From assembly GCA_034007015.1 (NCBI GenBank), contig JAVERS010000004.1, positions 15,336 to 79,335 of the forward strand: DNA of 64,000 bases, written 5' to 3'. The position numbers and the translations under genes are program-made. The notes beneath the pieces are model-generated. The model was given only the letters and a program-made list of their open reading frames with translations. It ran no database searches and was not told the origin of the DNA. Shown here piece after piece: positions 1 to 10,794 of this stretch. Numbering within the stretch: the stretch's first letter is position 1; every line of letters begins with the position of its first letter. The stretch is from Desulfuromonadaceae bacterium. Lineage in GTDB: Bacteria > Desulfobacterota > Desulfuromonadia > Desulfuromonadales > Desulfuromonadaceae.

Positions 1-175
1 AACGGCCAGCGTTAGTAGCTCGCAGATCGGGCGGGCAACGAACATGTACCACGTCTTTTAAGATCAATATGCGAACCCGCTGCCACCTTGCCACCCTAGG
101 CAAGGGTTGAGCTTTGCGGTAACGCCAAGACACCTGCCTCAACTTTACCCTGTATGTTGCCACAAAGAAGGGTTC

Positions 176-1289
176 ATGACTAAAAAAAGGACATGGCTTG
201 CTTCCATTACGCTACCAGTATTTATTCCAGCAGTTGTGATAATTTTCCTGTTAGGTGTCGGAACTATCAGTGATCCAGGACTTGCTGGAGATGCGTTCGC
301 GTCTGCACTGAGCTTTATTACCCACCACTTTGGGTGGTTCTATATGCTGTGCGTAGCTGTTGCTGATGTTTATCGTGCTTATTGCGCTATCAAGCTGAGG
401 AAAAATAAAGCTCGGCCCGGACCACTCCGAACCGCAGTACATCTTCCCCGCTTGGTTTGCCATGTTGTTTTCTGCCGGATACGGAATTGCCCTATTGTTT
501 TTTGGGGTGGCGGAGCCGGTACTCCATTATGCAGAGCCTCCTGCTGGAGCGGCAGAAACTATTGAGCCTGCTAAGCAAGCGATGCAGATCACGTTTTTCC
601 ACTGGGACCTACATATTTGGGGCATCTACGGTCTGGTGGGCCTGGTACTTGCCTATTTTGCTTTTCGCCATGGACTCCCTTTCCATGCGCTTTACCCTGT
701 ATCCGCTTGTAGGGGATAAACTACTCTTGTTATTGAAGGAGATACAGAAGAGAGCCTGCAGAACCACATGCACCGTGAACATCACGCTGCCGAACATCAC
801 AAGGGGGGATGGAAAGCGCGTCTGGCAAAGATAGTGTGTTTCCAAAGTTACGCCAATGTAATGGATTTTATCCGCGGCGATGTTATGTAGAGCATGGCAC
901 GTGTGGGACGAGCTACAAAAACAGGGCTGGGACGCAGAAGTTATGTTTGATGCTGAAAATGGCGTGCCTATCTAGAAGTGGTGCGCACTGATCGGGTGGA
1001 TTTTATCTATGATATCCGTATCTGTGAATATCTGATGCCGGACTTCGCATATCCGCGCTTTGCACGGATAAAAATAAAACTCTCCACTACTAATCGAGCC
1101 GAGGTGTTCCTCCGCCGCGGGGGGCAATCCTATGATATCTTTGGCTGTGAACGCAACCAGATCATTGATGACATTCTGGGCCAGTTTGAAAAATACCTTC
1201 ATTTCCTCCACCTAAGTCCAGGGATACTGCCGTGGAATATGGATGAACACGATGAAATGTTCCAAAACTCGGAGGAAGGTTCCGCCTGA
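176..1289 (+). pseudogene. Decayed BCCT-family (BetT/OpuD-like betaine/choline/carnitine) transporter
   Basis: BCCT signature segments are scattered over three frames: FGWFYMLCV (frame of ATG 176); LLLMFIVLIALSS-TGA(396-398)-GKIKLGPD..WFAMLFSAGYGIALLFFGVAEPV..TFFHW..LAYFAFRHGLP (frame 0); and RFTLYPLVGDK (a third frame). The BetT-like C-terminal tail (YDIFG..QIIDDILGQFEKYLHFLH) lies at 957-1289. The total span is about 1.1 kb against 1.5-2 kb for an intact gene, so there is also a large internal deletion. Confidence 0.8.
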
Positions 1290-1365
1290 TACCCTGACAC
1301 TAGAACAGTGAAACTCGCCCCCCCCACGTTTCCTTCCCGAGAGAGGGTAGCGTGCCTTAACCTTC

Positions 1366-2142
1366 CTATGTAAGTGTATGGTGTAAGGCTGGTGCAGGTG
1401 TGGGGCGCGTAAAAATCATGGCGTCATGGGCGACAAATTCAAGTTCGGCACTCCATTGGTGTGCAAGCCAGCTCATGGTTTGGGTAGAGTAGAAGCACAC
1501 ATGGGTTGGATCATTCTTGTACCTCCACGCAGAAAAATCTGCTTTAGCGGGACGCATGGAGGTCATCAGCGCAAGAAATCCCCCGGGAGCAACCAAACTC
1601 CACAACTGCGCCAGCGTCTGGTGCGGTGCATGAAGATGCTCTAGCACTTCGGTACTGGTAATAAACGGATAGCTACGCTGGAGCACTTTAGTGTCGGGCG
1701 CGTAGTAGGGGTCGTACACTTCCATGGCAAAACCGCGCTCGGCAAACATTACCGATAGCGTGGGGCCGGGCCCACATCCGAAATCTAACCCCACAGCCCC
1801 CGGGGCAAGACGTTCGAGCACAGGATCAAAAATACGTCCAAGAAATCTACGATACCCCTGGTCCGCGGGAGAGTTTTTATGTGCATCGTATATCCGTTTT
1901 TCGGTGGCGGGATCAAGCAGATACCTAGAGGTTACAAACACCAGATCGCAATTAGGGCAACAGCGGTATTCGCGTGGGTTTTTCTGCCGTAGCGAACGGC
2001 GGCGCCCCTTTGTGGGGATGGGGTCGCGGTAGAAGAATTCTGTTTCTGGCACACAACACAGAGGGCAAATAGCCACCTGCGCTGTGGTAAATTCTGTCCC
2101 TTCGGTAGCGCCAAGCTTTTCAGATCCCATTTTTACGCTCAT
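1366..2142 (-). CDS. Class I SAM-dependent methyltransferase with N-terminal CxxC..CxxC zinc-ribbon
   Basis: Motif I is LDFGCGPG. Cysteine pairs are CPLCC and CPNC. Start chosen at MSVKMGSE; the ORF extends to 2202. Confidence 0.7.
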   Translation of the reverse strand: MSVKMGSEKLGATEGTEFTTAQVAICPLCCVPETEFFYRDPIPTKGRRRSLRQKNPREYRCCPNCDLVFVTSRYLLDPATEKRIYDAHKNSPADQGYRRFLGRIFDPVLERLAPGAVGLDFGCGPGPTLSVMFAERGFAMEVYDPYYAPDTKVLQRSYPFITSTEVLEHLHAPHQTLAQLWSLVAPGGFLALMTSMRPAKADFSAWRYKNDPTHVCFYSTQTMSWLAHQWSAELEFVAHDAMIFTRPTPAPALHHTLT

Positions 2143-2225
2143 ATTTTGCAAACACAAAGCCCACCCGGGGCAAATATCAGCTCTGGGTGGGCTTTGATTC
2201 ACAACAAGTTAACGATGCAAATCAA

Positions 2226-4895
2226 TTAACTTTCAAGTTCTTCCAATAACGCCGCGTGGGCAGCAGCAAGGCGCGCAATGGGGACGCGGAACGGTGAGCA
2301 TGACACATAGTCGAGCCCAATCTTGTGGCAGAAAATCACACTAGAGGGCTCGCCCCCGTGCTCACCACAAATTCCCAATTTAATATCTGGGCGGGTCTGA
2401 CGTCCTTTGGCACAGCCAATCTCCACCAACTGCCCTACCCCAACCTGATCCAGAGCTACAAATGGGTCTTCGGGGAAGATCTCACGCTCTACGTAGTAGG
2501 GTAAAAACTTGCCTGAGTCATCGCGCGACAAACCGTAGGTGGTTTGTGTCAGATCATTGGTACCGAAGGAGAAGAACTGCGCTTGGCGGGCAATTTGGTC
2601 AGCGGTAAGGGCAGCGCGCGGAAGTTCAATCATAGTGCCGATGAGGTATTCTACCTTGGCTCCGTACTCCTCAATCACTGCGTCTGCAACGCGCTGGGCA
2701 TCGAGACGCAGGATTTCGAGCTCTTTCTCCTCAACAATCAGAGGGATCATGATCTCTGGCACGATGGAATAGCCCTCATTTACTACCAACTCACACGCGG
2801 CTTCCATAATCGCACGTACCTGCATCTCATACACCTCAGGGAAGGTAATCCCCAGACGACACCCGCGATGCCCAAGCATGGGGTTGAACTCGTGCAGAGA
2901 GTCCGCCTTCGCCTTCAGCTGTTCCACACTTACATTGGTAGCTTTCGCGATAGCTTCGAGTTCTCTGTCTTCATGCGGGATGAATTCATGCAAAGGTGGA
3001 TCCAGAAGGCGGATGGTAACCGGTAACCCCTTCATCTCACGGAACAGGCCAAGGAAATCATCTTTTTGCATGGGCATGATCTTCGCTAGAGCTTTTTTAC
3101 GCCCTTCCACATCTTCTGCGAGGATCATCTCGCGCACGGCCATGATGCGATCCGCCTCGAAGAACATGTGCTCGGTACGACACAGTCCAATCCCCTCAGC
3201 TCCGAACTCTCGTGCAGTTGCAGCATCGGCGGGAGCATCGGCATTTGCACGCACCTTCATGCGACGAAACTTGTCCACCCACCCCATGATGGAGGCAAAA
3301 TCACCAGTCATCTCTGGCTGCACCATGGGAACGTTACCCTCCATCACTTCACCGCTGCTACCATCGAGCGTGATAATGTCCCCTTTTTTAAACACCTTGC
3401 CACTGGGGGTGGTGAACTGCTGCGCGGCATAGTTCACTTTGATCTCCCCGCAGCCAGACACACAGCACTTGCCCATTCCACGTGCCACTACAGCTGCGTG
3501 GGAGGTCATTCCGCCACGTGCAGTGAGAATTCCCTGCGCCGCATGCATGCCATGAATATCCTCAGGGCTGGTTTCGATACGCACTAAAATTACGTTGCGC
3601 CCCAGCTTTTTCTCTGCCTCAGCTTCATCTGCAGAGAAGATAATCTCACCGCTGGCTGCTCCAGGGGAGGCAGGCAACCCTTTGGCAATTACAGTTTTCT
3701 TTGCCTTCGGATCGAGTGAGGGGTGCAGGAGTTGATCGAGCTGCTCAGGCGCGATACGCAACACTGCTTCCTTCTCGTTGATCAAGCCCTCCTTCACCAT
3801 ATCCGCGGCAATTTTCACCGCAGCAGCAGCTGTGCGCTTGCCGTTACGGGTCTGGAGCATGAATAGACGCCCTTTTTCGATAGTAAACTCGATATCCTGC
3901 ATATCGCGGTAGTGTTTTTCTAATTTATGTTGAATCTCTACCAGTTGCGCATAGCTTTCCGGCATCACCTCTTCCATCGAGGGGAGTTTACCGTCACTGC
4001 CCGCCTTGTTGATAGATTGGGGGGTGCGAATCCCCGCAACAACATCCTCCCCTTGGGCGTTAATCAAGAACTCACCGAAGAAAAGCTTCTCCCCAGTAGC
4101 CGGGTTGCGGGTAAAAGCCACGCCGGTGGCACAGTCATCGCCCATATTGCCATATACCATAGACTGTACGTTGACAGCAGTTCCCCACTCGGCAGGGATG
4201 TTGTTTAGGCGACGATAGGTTCTGGCGCGTGGATTCATCCACGAACCAAACACTGCTCCGATGGCGCCCCACAACTGCTCCATAGGATCATCGGGAAATG
4301 TTTCGCCCAGCTCTTCGGTATATTTGTTTTTGAATTTATCCACCAGATCGCGAAGATCTTCAGCACTCAAATCGGTATCGAGTTCTACCCCACGCTCCTC
4401 TTTCTGTTGTTCTAGCAGATCTTCGAGAAACTCTCCATCGAGCCCCTTAACCACGTTTGAGTACATCTGTACAAAACGGCGGTAGGAGTCATACGCAAAG
4501 CGTTCATCGCCACTCTGGCGAATAATCCCTTGCACTGTTTCATCGTTGAGGCCCAGATTGAGGACAGTATCCATCATGCCCGGCATAGAGGCGCGCGCGC
4601 CGGAACGCACAGAAACAAGGAGAGGATTGGCAGCGTCGCCAAACTTCTTACCCATAAGTTTCTCTACCCGCTGCAGGTTTTGCTCCACCTCTGCGCGCAG
4701 ACCGGCGGGGTATTCGCGCTCATTTTTATAGAACTCGGTGCACACCTCCGTGGTAAGGGTAAAACCGGCGGGGACAGGCAGGCCGATCGAAGTCATTTCA
4801 GCCAGGTTCGCCCCTTTTCCTCCCAGCAAATTCTTCATCTCTGTTGTGCCTTCAGCTTCACCATCGCCAAAGAAATACACATATTTGACAGCCAT
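2226..4895 (-). CDS. ppdK: Pyruvate, phosphate dikinase
   Basis: 889 aa. N-terminal MAVKYVYFFGDG..GGKGANLAEM, catalytic-His region GGMTSHAAVVARGMG, and PEP-utilising C-terminal domain GICGEHGG. AGGAGG RBS upstream. Confidence 0.97.
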   Translation of the reverse strand: MAVKYVYFFGDGEAEGTTEMKNLLGGKGANLAEMTSIGLPVPAGFTLTTEVCTEFYKNEREYPAGLRAEVEQNLQRVEKLMGKKFGDAANPLLVSVRSGARASMPGMMDTVLNLGLNDETVQGIIRQSGDERFAYDSYRRFVQMYSNVVKGLDGEFLEDLLEQQKEERGVELDTDLSAEDLRDLVDKFKNKYTEELGETFPDDPMEQLWGAIGAVFGSWMNPRARTYRRLNNIPAEWGTAVNVQSMVYGNMGDDCATGVAFTRNPATGEKLFFGEFLINAQGEDVVAGIRTPQSINKAGSDGKLPSMEEVMPESYAQLVEIQHKLEKHYRDMQDIEFTIEKGRLFMLQTRNGKRTAAAAVKIAADMVKEGLINEKEAVLRIAPEQLDQLLHPSLDPKAKKTVIAKGLPASPGAASGEIIFSADEAEAEKKLGRNVILVRIETSPEDIHGMHAAQGILTARGGMTSHAAVVARGMGKCCVSGCGEIKVNYAAQQFTTPSGKVFKKGDIITLDGSSGEVMEGNVPMVQPEMTGDFASIMGWVDKFRRMKVRANADAPADAATAREFGAEGIGLCRTEHMFFEADRIMAVREMILAEDVEGRKKALAKIMPMQKDDFLGLFREMKGLPVTIRLLDPPLHEFIPHEDRELEAIAKATNVSVEQLKAKADSLHEFNPMLGHRGCRLGITFPEVYEMQVRAIMEAACELVVNEGYSIVPEIMIPLIVEEKELEILRLDAQRVADAVIEEYGAKVEYLIGTMIELPRAALTADQIARQAQFFSFGTNDLTQTTYGLSRDDSGKFLPYYVEREIFPEDPFVALDQVGVGQLVEIGCAKGRQTRPDIKLGICGEHGGEPSSVIFCHKIGLDYVSCSPFRVPIARLAAAHAALLEELES

Positions 4896-4954
4896 CGTAC
4901 ATCCTCCTCACTTGTGTGAATAAATCAATTCAGGTTGTTCCCTTAATGTCTGCT

Positions 4955-7021
4955 CTACGCGGCCAGACGGGAAAAATCTGCTAGACCACTGAACAGACCG
5001 GAAACGTCGGTCAGTAAAGCGAGGCGATTGGTTTTCACCTGCTCATCCTTGACCATAACCATAACATCATCAAAAAAAGAATCCACCGCTGGACGCAGGG
5101 TAGCAATGGCATGTAGTGCATCGAGATATTTACCCTTCTGCATTGCATCATCTACCTGGGTACGCACTGCGCCTAGGGCTGCAAACAGATTGCTCTCACT
5201 TGGCGCTTCAAACAATTCAGGGTTAACCTGTGCCTCTACTCCGCCGCTGATAATATTGCCTACCCGCTTAAAAGTAGCTGCGAGGGGCTCAAAATCATCC
5301 TGTTTTTTCAGGGTCTTCAGCGCATCAATGCGCTGGCGTACATCCATTATCTGGTCAAAACCGGCACTGAGTACCGCATCCACAACATCGGCAGCCGCAC
5401 CTTGGGCAGTAAGCAAATTCACAAAGCGCAGGCGGACAAATTCTATCACATCCGCCTCAACTTCAGCAGCGGAACGGGTTAGTTTTTTTTCAAGCTGGGT
5501 TACCGCCATACGTACCAGTTGTGGAATTGATATTTTAAAACCGCGCTCTTGGATGATATTCAATATCCCTATGGCGCTGCGTCGCAGGGCATAAGGGTCA
5601 GCCGTCCCAGTGGGGATTAGACCCACGCCGAAACAGCCACAGATGGTATCTATTTTGTCCGCGATGGAAACAAATGCACCGATATTATCGCTTGGAAGCG
5701 CTCCGCCAGCATGGATGGGAAGATGGTGCTCGTAAATGGCGCGCGCCACGCGCTCATCCTCTCCTTCCAACAACGCATATTCACGCCCCATCACCCCTTG
5801 AAGTTCAGGGAACTCGGATACCATTCCGGTCTCCAGATCACACTTGGCCAGGGTTGCGACACGGCGAGTGAGCGCTTCATTTTCGGGGTCAAGACTCTGA
5901 GCCAGATGGGAGGCCAGCGCCGTAAAGCGCTGTACTTTCTCGTAACTGCTGCCAAGTTGTTGCTGATAAACTACATTCTTTAGTGTCTCAAGTCGGGACT
6001 CAAGCTTCTGCTTCTGGTCTTCATGCCAGAAGAACATTCCATCCGCCAGGCGGGCGCGCAATACACGCTCGTTGCCATTTATTACCACTTGCGGATCGGT
6101 CGCTTCAATGTTGGAGATGGTGATAAACCGAGGCAGGAGTTTCCCCTGCTTATCGGTGAGGGTAAAATAGCGCTGGTGCTCCTTCATGCTGGTAATGAGG
6201 AGTTCGCTAGGCAACTGAAGGAACTCCTCGTCGAAATGGCCGCACAACGGAACCGGATATTCAACAAGGTTAACCACTTCATCCAGCAGCTCTGCATCCA
6301 AGTTGAGAGTACCCCCAACTTCGGTAGCTATAGCCTTAATCCCAGAGGAGATAATCTCTTTTCGCTCCTGCGGGTCGACAATGACATAGTGTGCGCGACA
6401 CTGGGTAAGATACTCTGTACAGGAGCTAACGACGAAACGTCCAGGAGCCATGAAGCGGTGTCCGCGTGACTCATTACTACTCTCGAGATTGCCAAAACTA
6501 AAAGGCACTACTTTGCCGCCATAGAGGGCAACTATCCAGTGCACCGGCCGCGCAAAACGGATATCTAAATCTTTCCAGCGCATCGATTTTTTGAAGTTCA
6601 GGCTGCTTACAACCCGCTGCATAAGTTCAGGCAGAAGCCCCGCTACATCCTGCCCTTCCACTGTTTTAGAGATAAACAGATAGGTACCTTTTTCGGTCTG
6701 TTTCTCACTTAGTTCCGCTACCTCTACTCCTTGGGAGCGTGCAAAACCGAGGGCAGCTTTGGTGGGGTTCCCCTCTGCATCAAAGGCCACTTTCAGCGCT
6801 GGGCCAGTAGCTTCAATGAGCTGCTGTTCCTGTTGCTCTGCCACCTTAGTCACACACACCGCAAGGCGACGCGGAGTCGCAAATGTTGTTATCTCCCCAA
6901 AAGGGATCCGCGCCTGGTCAAACTCAGTGCGAAACTTGCGCTCCAGATCACGCAATGCCACGGGGATAAATCCAGCGGGAATCTCTTCTGTCCCTATTTC
7001 TAAAAAAAGCTCTTTAGCCAT
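4955..7021 (-). CDS. glyS: Glycine--tRNA ligase beta subunit
   Basis: 688 aa. MAKELFLEIGTEEIP start typical of GlyS. Lies directly downstream of glyQ. Confidence 0.95.
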   Translation of the reverse strand: MAKELFLEIGTEEIPAGFIPVALRDLERKFRTEFDQARIPFGEITTFATPRRLAVCVTKVAEQQEQQLIEATGPALKVAFDAEGNPTKAALGFARSQGVEVAELSEKQTEKGTYLFISKTVEGQDVAGLLPELMQRVVSSLNFKKSMRWKDLDIRFARPVHWIVALYGGKVVPFSFGNLESSNESRGHRFMAPGRFVVSSCTEYLTQCRAHYVIVDPQERKEIISSGIKAIATEVGGTLNLDAELLDEVVNLVEYPVPLCGHFDEEFLQLPSELLITSMKEHQRYFTLTDKQGKLLPRFITISNIEATDPQVVINGNERVLRARLADGMFFWHEDQKQKLESRLETLKNVVYQQQLGSSYEKVQRFTALASHLAQSLDPENEALTRRVATLAKCDLETGMVSEFPELQGVMGREYALLEGEDERVARAIYEHHLPIHAGGALPSDNIGAFVSIADKIDTICGCFGVGLIPTGTADPYALRRSAIGILNIIQERGFKISIPQLVRMAVTQLEKKLTRSAAEVEADVIEFVRLRFVNLLTAQGAAADVVDAVLSAGFDQIMDVRQRIDALKTLKKQDDFEPLAATFKRVGNIISGGVEAQVNPELFEAPSESNLFAALGAVRTQVDDAMQKGKYLDALHAIATLRPAVDSFFDDVMVMVKDEQVKTNRLALLTDVSGLFSGLADFSRLAA

Positions 7022-7096
7022 ATCAGTGCTCCATATACTTCACCACATCGCTGCGCCTGTGGCATCAGGCGGTGCGGATATTTTTGTGTCTGCGCC

Positions 7097-7969
7097 CTAC
7101 TTCTGTTTAAGCAGAGGGAAACCGAGTTTTTCGCGCTGTGCCACGTAGCCCTGAGCACAGCGTCGCGACAGGTTACGCACGCGCCCGATGTAGTGAGCTC
7201 GCTCTGTTACTGAGATCGCCCCGCGTGCATCCAACAAGTTGAAAGCATGAGAGGCTTTCATAACAAAGTCGTACGCGGGAAACACCAACTCCTTCTCCGC
7301 CAGCTTGATGCTTTCCTGCTCATACATATCAAAGAGCTTGAAGAGCATGTCGATGTCCGCTTTCTCAAAGTTATACTTGGAGAATTCCACCTCGGTCTGG
7401 TGGTGAATATCACCGTACTTGATCCCATCAACCCACTCCAGATCGTAGACATTGTCCACCCCCTGCAGATACATGGCGATACGCTCACACCCGTAGGTTA
7501 TTTCACCCGGAATTGGTTTCAGGTCAATCCCCCCCACCTGCTGAAAATAGGTGAACTGGGTGATCTCCATCCCATCAAGCCAAACTTCCCAACCCAACCC
7601 CCAGGCGCCCAAAGTGGGAGATTCCCAGTCATCTTCAACAAAGCGAATATCGTGTGCTGCGGGGTCTACGCCAAAGCTCTTAAGGGAATCGAGATATAGG
7701 TCTTGAATATCGAGGGGGGCAGGCTTAAGAATAACCTGAAACTGATAGTAGTGTTGCAGGCGGTTCGGATTTTCACCGTAGCGCCCATCAGTTGGGCGGC
7801 GGGATGGTTCAACGTAAGCGACATTCCAGGGTTCAGGCCCCAGAGAGCGGAGAAAAGTTGCGGGGTTGAAGGTTCCAGCACCCTTTTCCATGTCATAGGG
7901 CTGTTGAATCACACACCCTTTTTGTGCCCAGTAGTTCTGTAAGGACAGAATCAAATCCTGAAACGTCAC
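7097..7969 (-). CDS. glyQ: Glycine--tRNA ligase alpha subunit
   Basis: 290 aa. [31 protein letters not shown] is highly conserved GlyQ sequence. Confidence 0.97.
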   Translation of the reverse strand: MTFQDLILSLQNYWAQKGCVIQQPYDMEKGAGTFNPATFLRSLGPEPWNVAYVEPSRRPTDGRYGENPNRLQHYYQFQVILKPAPLDIQDLYLDSLKSFGVDPAAHDIRFVEDDWESPTLGAWGLGWEVWLDGMEITQFTYFQQVGGIDLKPIPGEITYGCERIAMYLQGVDNVYDLEWVDGIKYGDIHHQTEVEFSKYNFEKADIDMLFKLFDMYEQESIKLAEKELVFPAYDFVMKASHAFNLLDARGAISVTERAHYIGRVRNLSRRCAQGYVAQREKLGFPLLKQK

Positions 7970-8069
7970 TGCTAAACCTCCGTATCGGTGGGGGAAGAAA
8001 TATCCTGTTAATCCAGTGCAGAGAACTCCGCAACCGCAAGCAAATCCAGTTTTAGCTTAAAAGCTTAAA

Positions 8070-8098
8070 TTACTAGACCTTTTACCTGTGAGTGTCAA
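8070..8098 (-). promoter_or_regulatory. Candidate sigma70 promoter for glyQS
   Basis: On the minus strand: TTGACA (8098-8093), 17-nt spacer, TAGTAA (8075-8070), about 100 nt upstream of the glyQ ATG. Sequence match only. Confidence 0.3.
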
Positions 8099-8211
8099 GA
8101 CAAAAGCCAGATTATGCGGCATCTTAGACGTATAGTTGTGCGGCATAAAAGATAAAAAAAATACGCCCACAAAACATCCTTTATTTCACAGGCATGACGG
8201 GGCTGATTAAT

Positions 8212-8976
8212 TCAGGAAAGAGGGTGGAACAGGTCGATGAAAGGGGCGCTACGTAGAGGACGTTGGAGGGTATTATTCAATGCCGCATCAAGGATGGTAC
8301 GACCCTGTTCTAACGTAAGTGGACTCAGACGTACGCCGTGGATCTTGCCCATCTCTAAACGGGAAAGACGCGCCAAGCTACCCAGGGTCAGGGGAGACAC
8401 AGGCAGAGAGCCTGTGTTCCCATTGCACGAGGAGCACAAAGCTCCTCCCTGCTCAGGGTCGAAAAACATCTGCATCTCATTCAGGTGGCACCAGCACCGA
8501 GCACAGTGACTCAAGTGGGGAAGAAGACCAGCGACGTTAAGGAGGTGCAACTCATACAAAATGCGGATCTGTCGCAACCCCTCCCCTTGTGCGAGGGCAT
8601 CAAAGCAGGAACGGAGCAGAAAATAAACCTCAGGGATTGCCTGCTCTTCAGGGAACAGCGCTACCACCAACTCACTAGCGTAAGCAGCTAAGGCCCAGGC
8701 TTCAAGATTCGGCATCACCCGCTCTGCAGGTTCTAAAAGCTCTGCCTCTTTGAACAGGCGTAAAGAGCCGTAGCGCCCCTCCTGCCACATGATATTTATG
8801 CGACTAAAGAGCTGAAGAGCAGGACCGAAGCGACGTTTGCTGTTGCGCGCACCATGGGCAAAGCCGCTACACAGACCATGCTTGGGGGTGAGGATAGCTA
8901 CAATTCGATCCGATTCGCCGTAGTTGACATAGCGAACCACCAAGGCTTCAGATATGGTTAAACCCTGCAGTGCCAT
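8212..8976 (-). CDS. recO: DNA repair protein RecO
   Basis: 254 aa. OB-fold N-terminus (EALVVRYVNYGESDRIV) and a Cys-rich zinc motif (C..C..C..C). Confidence 0.9.
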   Translation of the reverse strand: MALQGLTISEALVVRYVNYGESDRIVAILTPKHGLCSGFAHGARNSKRRFGPALQLFSRINIMWQEGRYGSLRLFKEAELLEPAERVMPNLEAWALAAYASELVVALFPEEQAIPEVYFLLRSCFDALAQGEGLRQIRILYELHLLNVAGLLPHLSHCARCWCHLNEMQMFFDPEQGGALCSSCNGNTGSLPVSPLTLGSLARLSRLEMGKIHGVRLSPLTLEQGRTILDAALNNTLQRPLRSAPFIDLFHPLS

Positions 8977-9001
8977 TTACTCAAACCAGATGTCTGCCAG
9001 C

Positions 9002-10369
9002 CTAGCCACTGATGGGGCTCAGGTGCTGGATAAATAATGTTGCGGTGCTAAAATAGATGAGAATGCCGGTGATATCGTTAGCTGTCTGTACAAAGGGGGT
9101 AGAAGCAATAGCTGGGTCAATACCGATCCGCTTGAAGAACGCCGGTGCCATCACCCCCATGGTAGCAGCGACAGTCATGGATATCATCATCGCTAAGCAC
9201 ACTACCAGCCCCAGATAGATATTGCCGTGCCAGATCCAGCCTATGCAACCAACTACAACACCACACACCACTCCCATAATGATCCCCACGCGCAACTCTT
9301 TAAAAAAAACCTGCGCCAGGGTGGAAAAATCGATACGTCCGGTGGCAAAGCCGCGCACCACAATAGTAGCTGACTGTCCGCCAATATTCCCTCCCATCCC
9401 GGTGATAACCGGCACAAAGGAGATCAAGGCAATCACCTCCTGCAACGTAACCTGAAACCACCACAGCAGGTAGCCAGTAACGACCCCCCCCAGAAGGTTG
9501 ACCAGCAACCACGGCAGGCGCAATCCAGCAATCCGGAACGCCTTAAAGCCATACAGCAGCTCATCTCCACTGGCACCCACCATTTTATAGATATCTTCGG
9601 TGGCCTCTTCGCGCAACACGTCGATCACATCGTCTACCGTGACAATACCAAGGAGCTTATTCTGTTCGTCAACGACCGGGATCGCGAGGATATCGTACTT
9701 TGCAACCCAGCGCGCCACGTCTTCTTGATCCGCGTCCGCGTGCACGCTGATCACATCGCCGCCGACAATCTCACGCAGCAACTTGTTGGGAGATACGGTC
9801 AAAAGCTGGCGCAGCGACAGCACCCCTACCAGATGGCGATATTCATCTACCACATACACATAAAACACCATCTCCGCATCTTTGGCTTCCTGAACCGCCT
9901 CGATAGCTTGCTTTACGCTGAGTTCTTCATTGAGGCTGAAGTAGTTTGTGGACATGATTCCACCGGCACTATCTTCATGATATTGCATGAGATTCTCGAT
10001 CTCTTCCGAGCGCTCAACATGCATAAGGCCGAGAACCTCATCCGCCATTTCATCGGGCATATTACGGATAATATCCACCGAATCGTCGTGCGACATTGCC
10101 TGAAGCAATTCAACCGCCCACTGGGAATCGAGAGAATCGATAATCTGCGCACTGATACTATGCTCAATCTCAGCCAGAACCTCCGCGGCGTCATTGACAT
10201 CCTTAATCAAATTAAAGAGTTTTTGCTGCTCGGCGATATCCAGATAACGGAACAGGTGCGCAATATCCGCTGGATGGGTTTTTTGAAGTAAGTTAGATAA
10301 ATTGGGCGCAGCATTGCGGCGTAGAAGTTTTTTAACTGTATCCAGCAATACCTGTATTTTACGATCCAT
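9002..10369 (-). CDS. mgtE: Magnesium transporter MgtE
   Basis: 455 aa. MgtE N-domain, tandem CBS domains and a 5-TM C-terminal domain with GMGGNIGGQS. Confidence 0.95.
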   Translation of the reverse strand: MDRKIQVLLDTVKKLLRRNAAPNLSNLLQKTHPADIAHLFRYLDIAEQQKLFNLIKDVNDAAEVLAEIEHSISAQIIDSLDSQWAVELLQAMSHDDSVDIIRNMPDEMADEVLGLMHVERSEEIENLMQYHEDSAGGIMSTNYFSLNEELSVKQAIEAVQEAKDAEMVFYVYVVDEYRHLVGVLSLRQLLTVSPNKLLREIVGGDVISVHADADQEDVARWVAKYDILAIPVVDEQNKLLGIVTVDDVIDVLREEATEDIYKMVGASGDELLYGFKAFRIAGLRLPWLLVNLLGGVVTGYLLWWFQVTLQEVIALISFVPVITGMGGNIGGQSATIVVRGFATGRIDFSTLAQVFFKELRVGIIMGVVCGVVVGCIGWIWHGNIYLGLVVCLAMMISMTVAATMGVMAPAFFKRIGIDPAIASTPFVQTANDITGILIYFSTATLFIQHLSPISG

Positions 10370-10433
10370 GCACCCGTCCTCCAGAAAAAGTATCCGCCAT
10401 AGGTTTCTTCTAATCAGCCTGCCAGTACATATG

Positions 10434-10465
10434 CCCTATCTAAGCTAAACCCTATCCAAGCTAAA
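10434..10465. repeat. Tandem 16-nt direct repeat (2 copies, 1 mismatch) in the mgtE upstream region
   Basis: ccctatcTaagctaaa (10434-10449) is followed immediately by ccctatcCaagctaaa (10450-10465). Confidence 0.8.
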
Positions 10466-10794
10466 TATATATGGGTTGTGCCCGCATTTCTGCCCATATT
10501 CAGCCCAGGTGGCATGGCTACACGCAGAATAACGAACCGCACATGATAGCAGAATTCACTCTTATGGCGCAAACCTATTACAGAAAAATCTGGCGCAAAA
10601 GCAGATTGAGCGGAATGCAACGCAAGAAAAAACCTGAAAAACCGCCACGTTCCCGCCACGTTTCCCTTAAATTTGATTAGACCAGCACTACCAAGGCATA
10701 GTCACAAACGTATACAATTGGACTTGACCTCAATTTTGTTTTCGTTTAGGTTACGCGAGTATTGTCGGTAAATTTATTACTCTAGGAGGAAAAC

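Noticed and set aside
2539-4923. Many plus-strand ORFs of 60-184 aa (for example 2878..3432 and 3168..3587) opposite ppdK
   Set aside because: They are antisense shadows inside a gene whose minus-strand product is unmistakably PpdK. Their translations are low-complexity (S/R/A-rich), with no motifs or RBS.
10370-10794. Possible M-box (ykoK) Mg2+ riboswitch in the mgtE leader, and the 69-81 aa ORFs tracked there (10414..10659, 10471..10680)
   Set aside because: Reading the minus strand, I could not find the conserved M-box core strings (GGUGAGGCU…AAAGCCU-type) or its three-helix layout. The ORFs have no RBS or motifs. Only a covariance-model scan could settle it.
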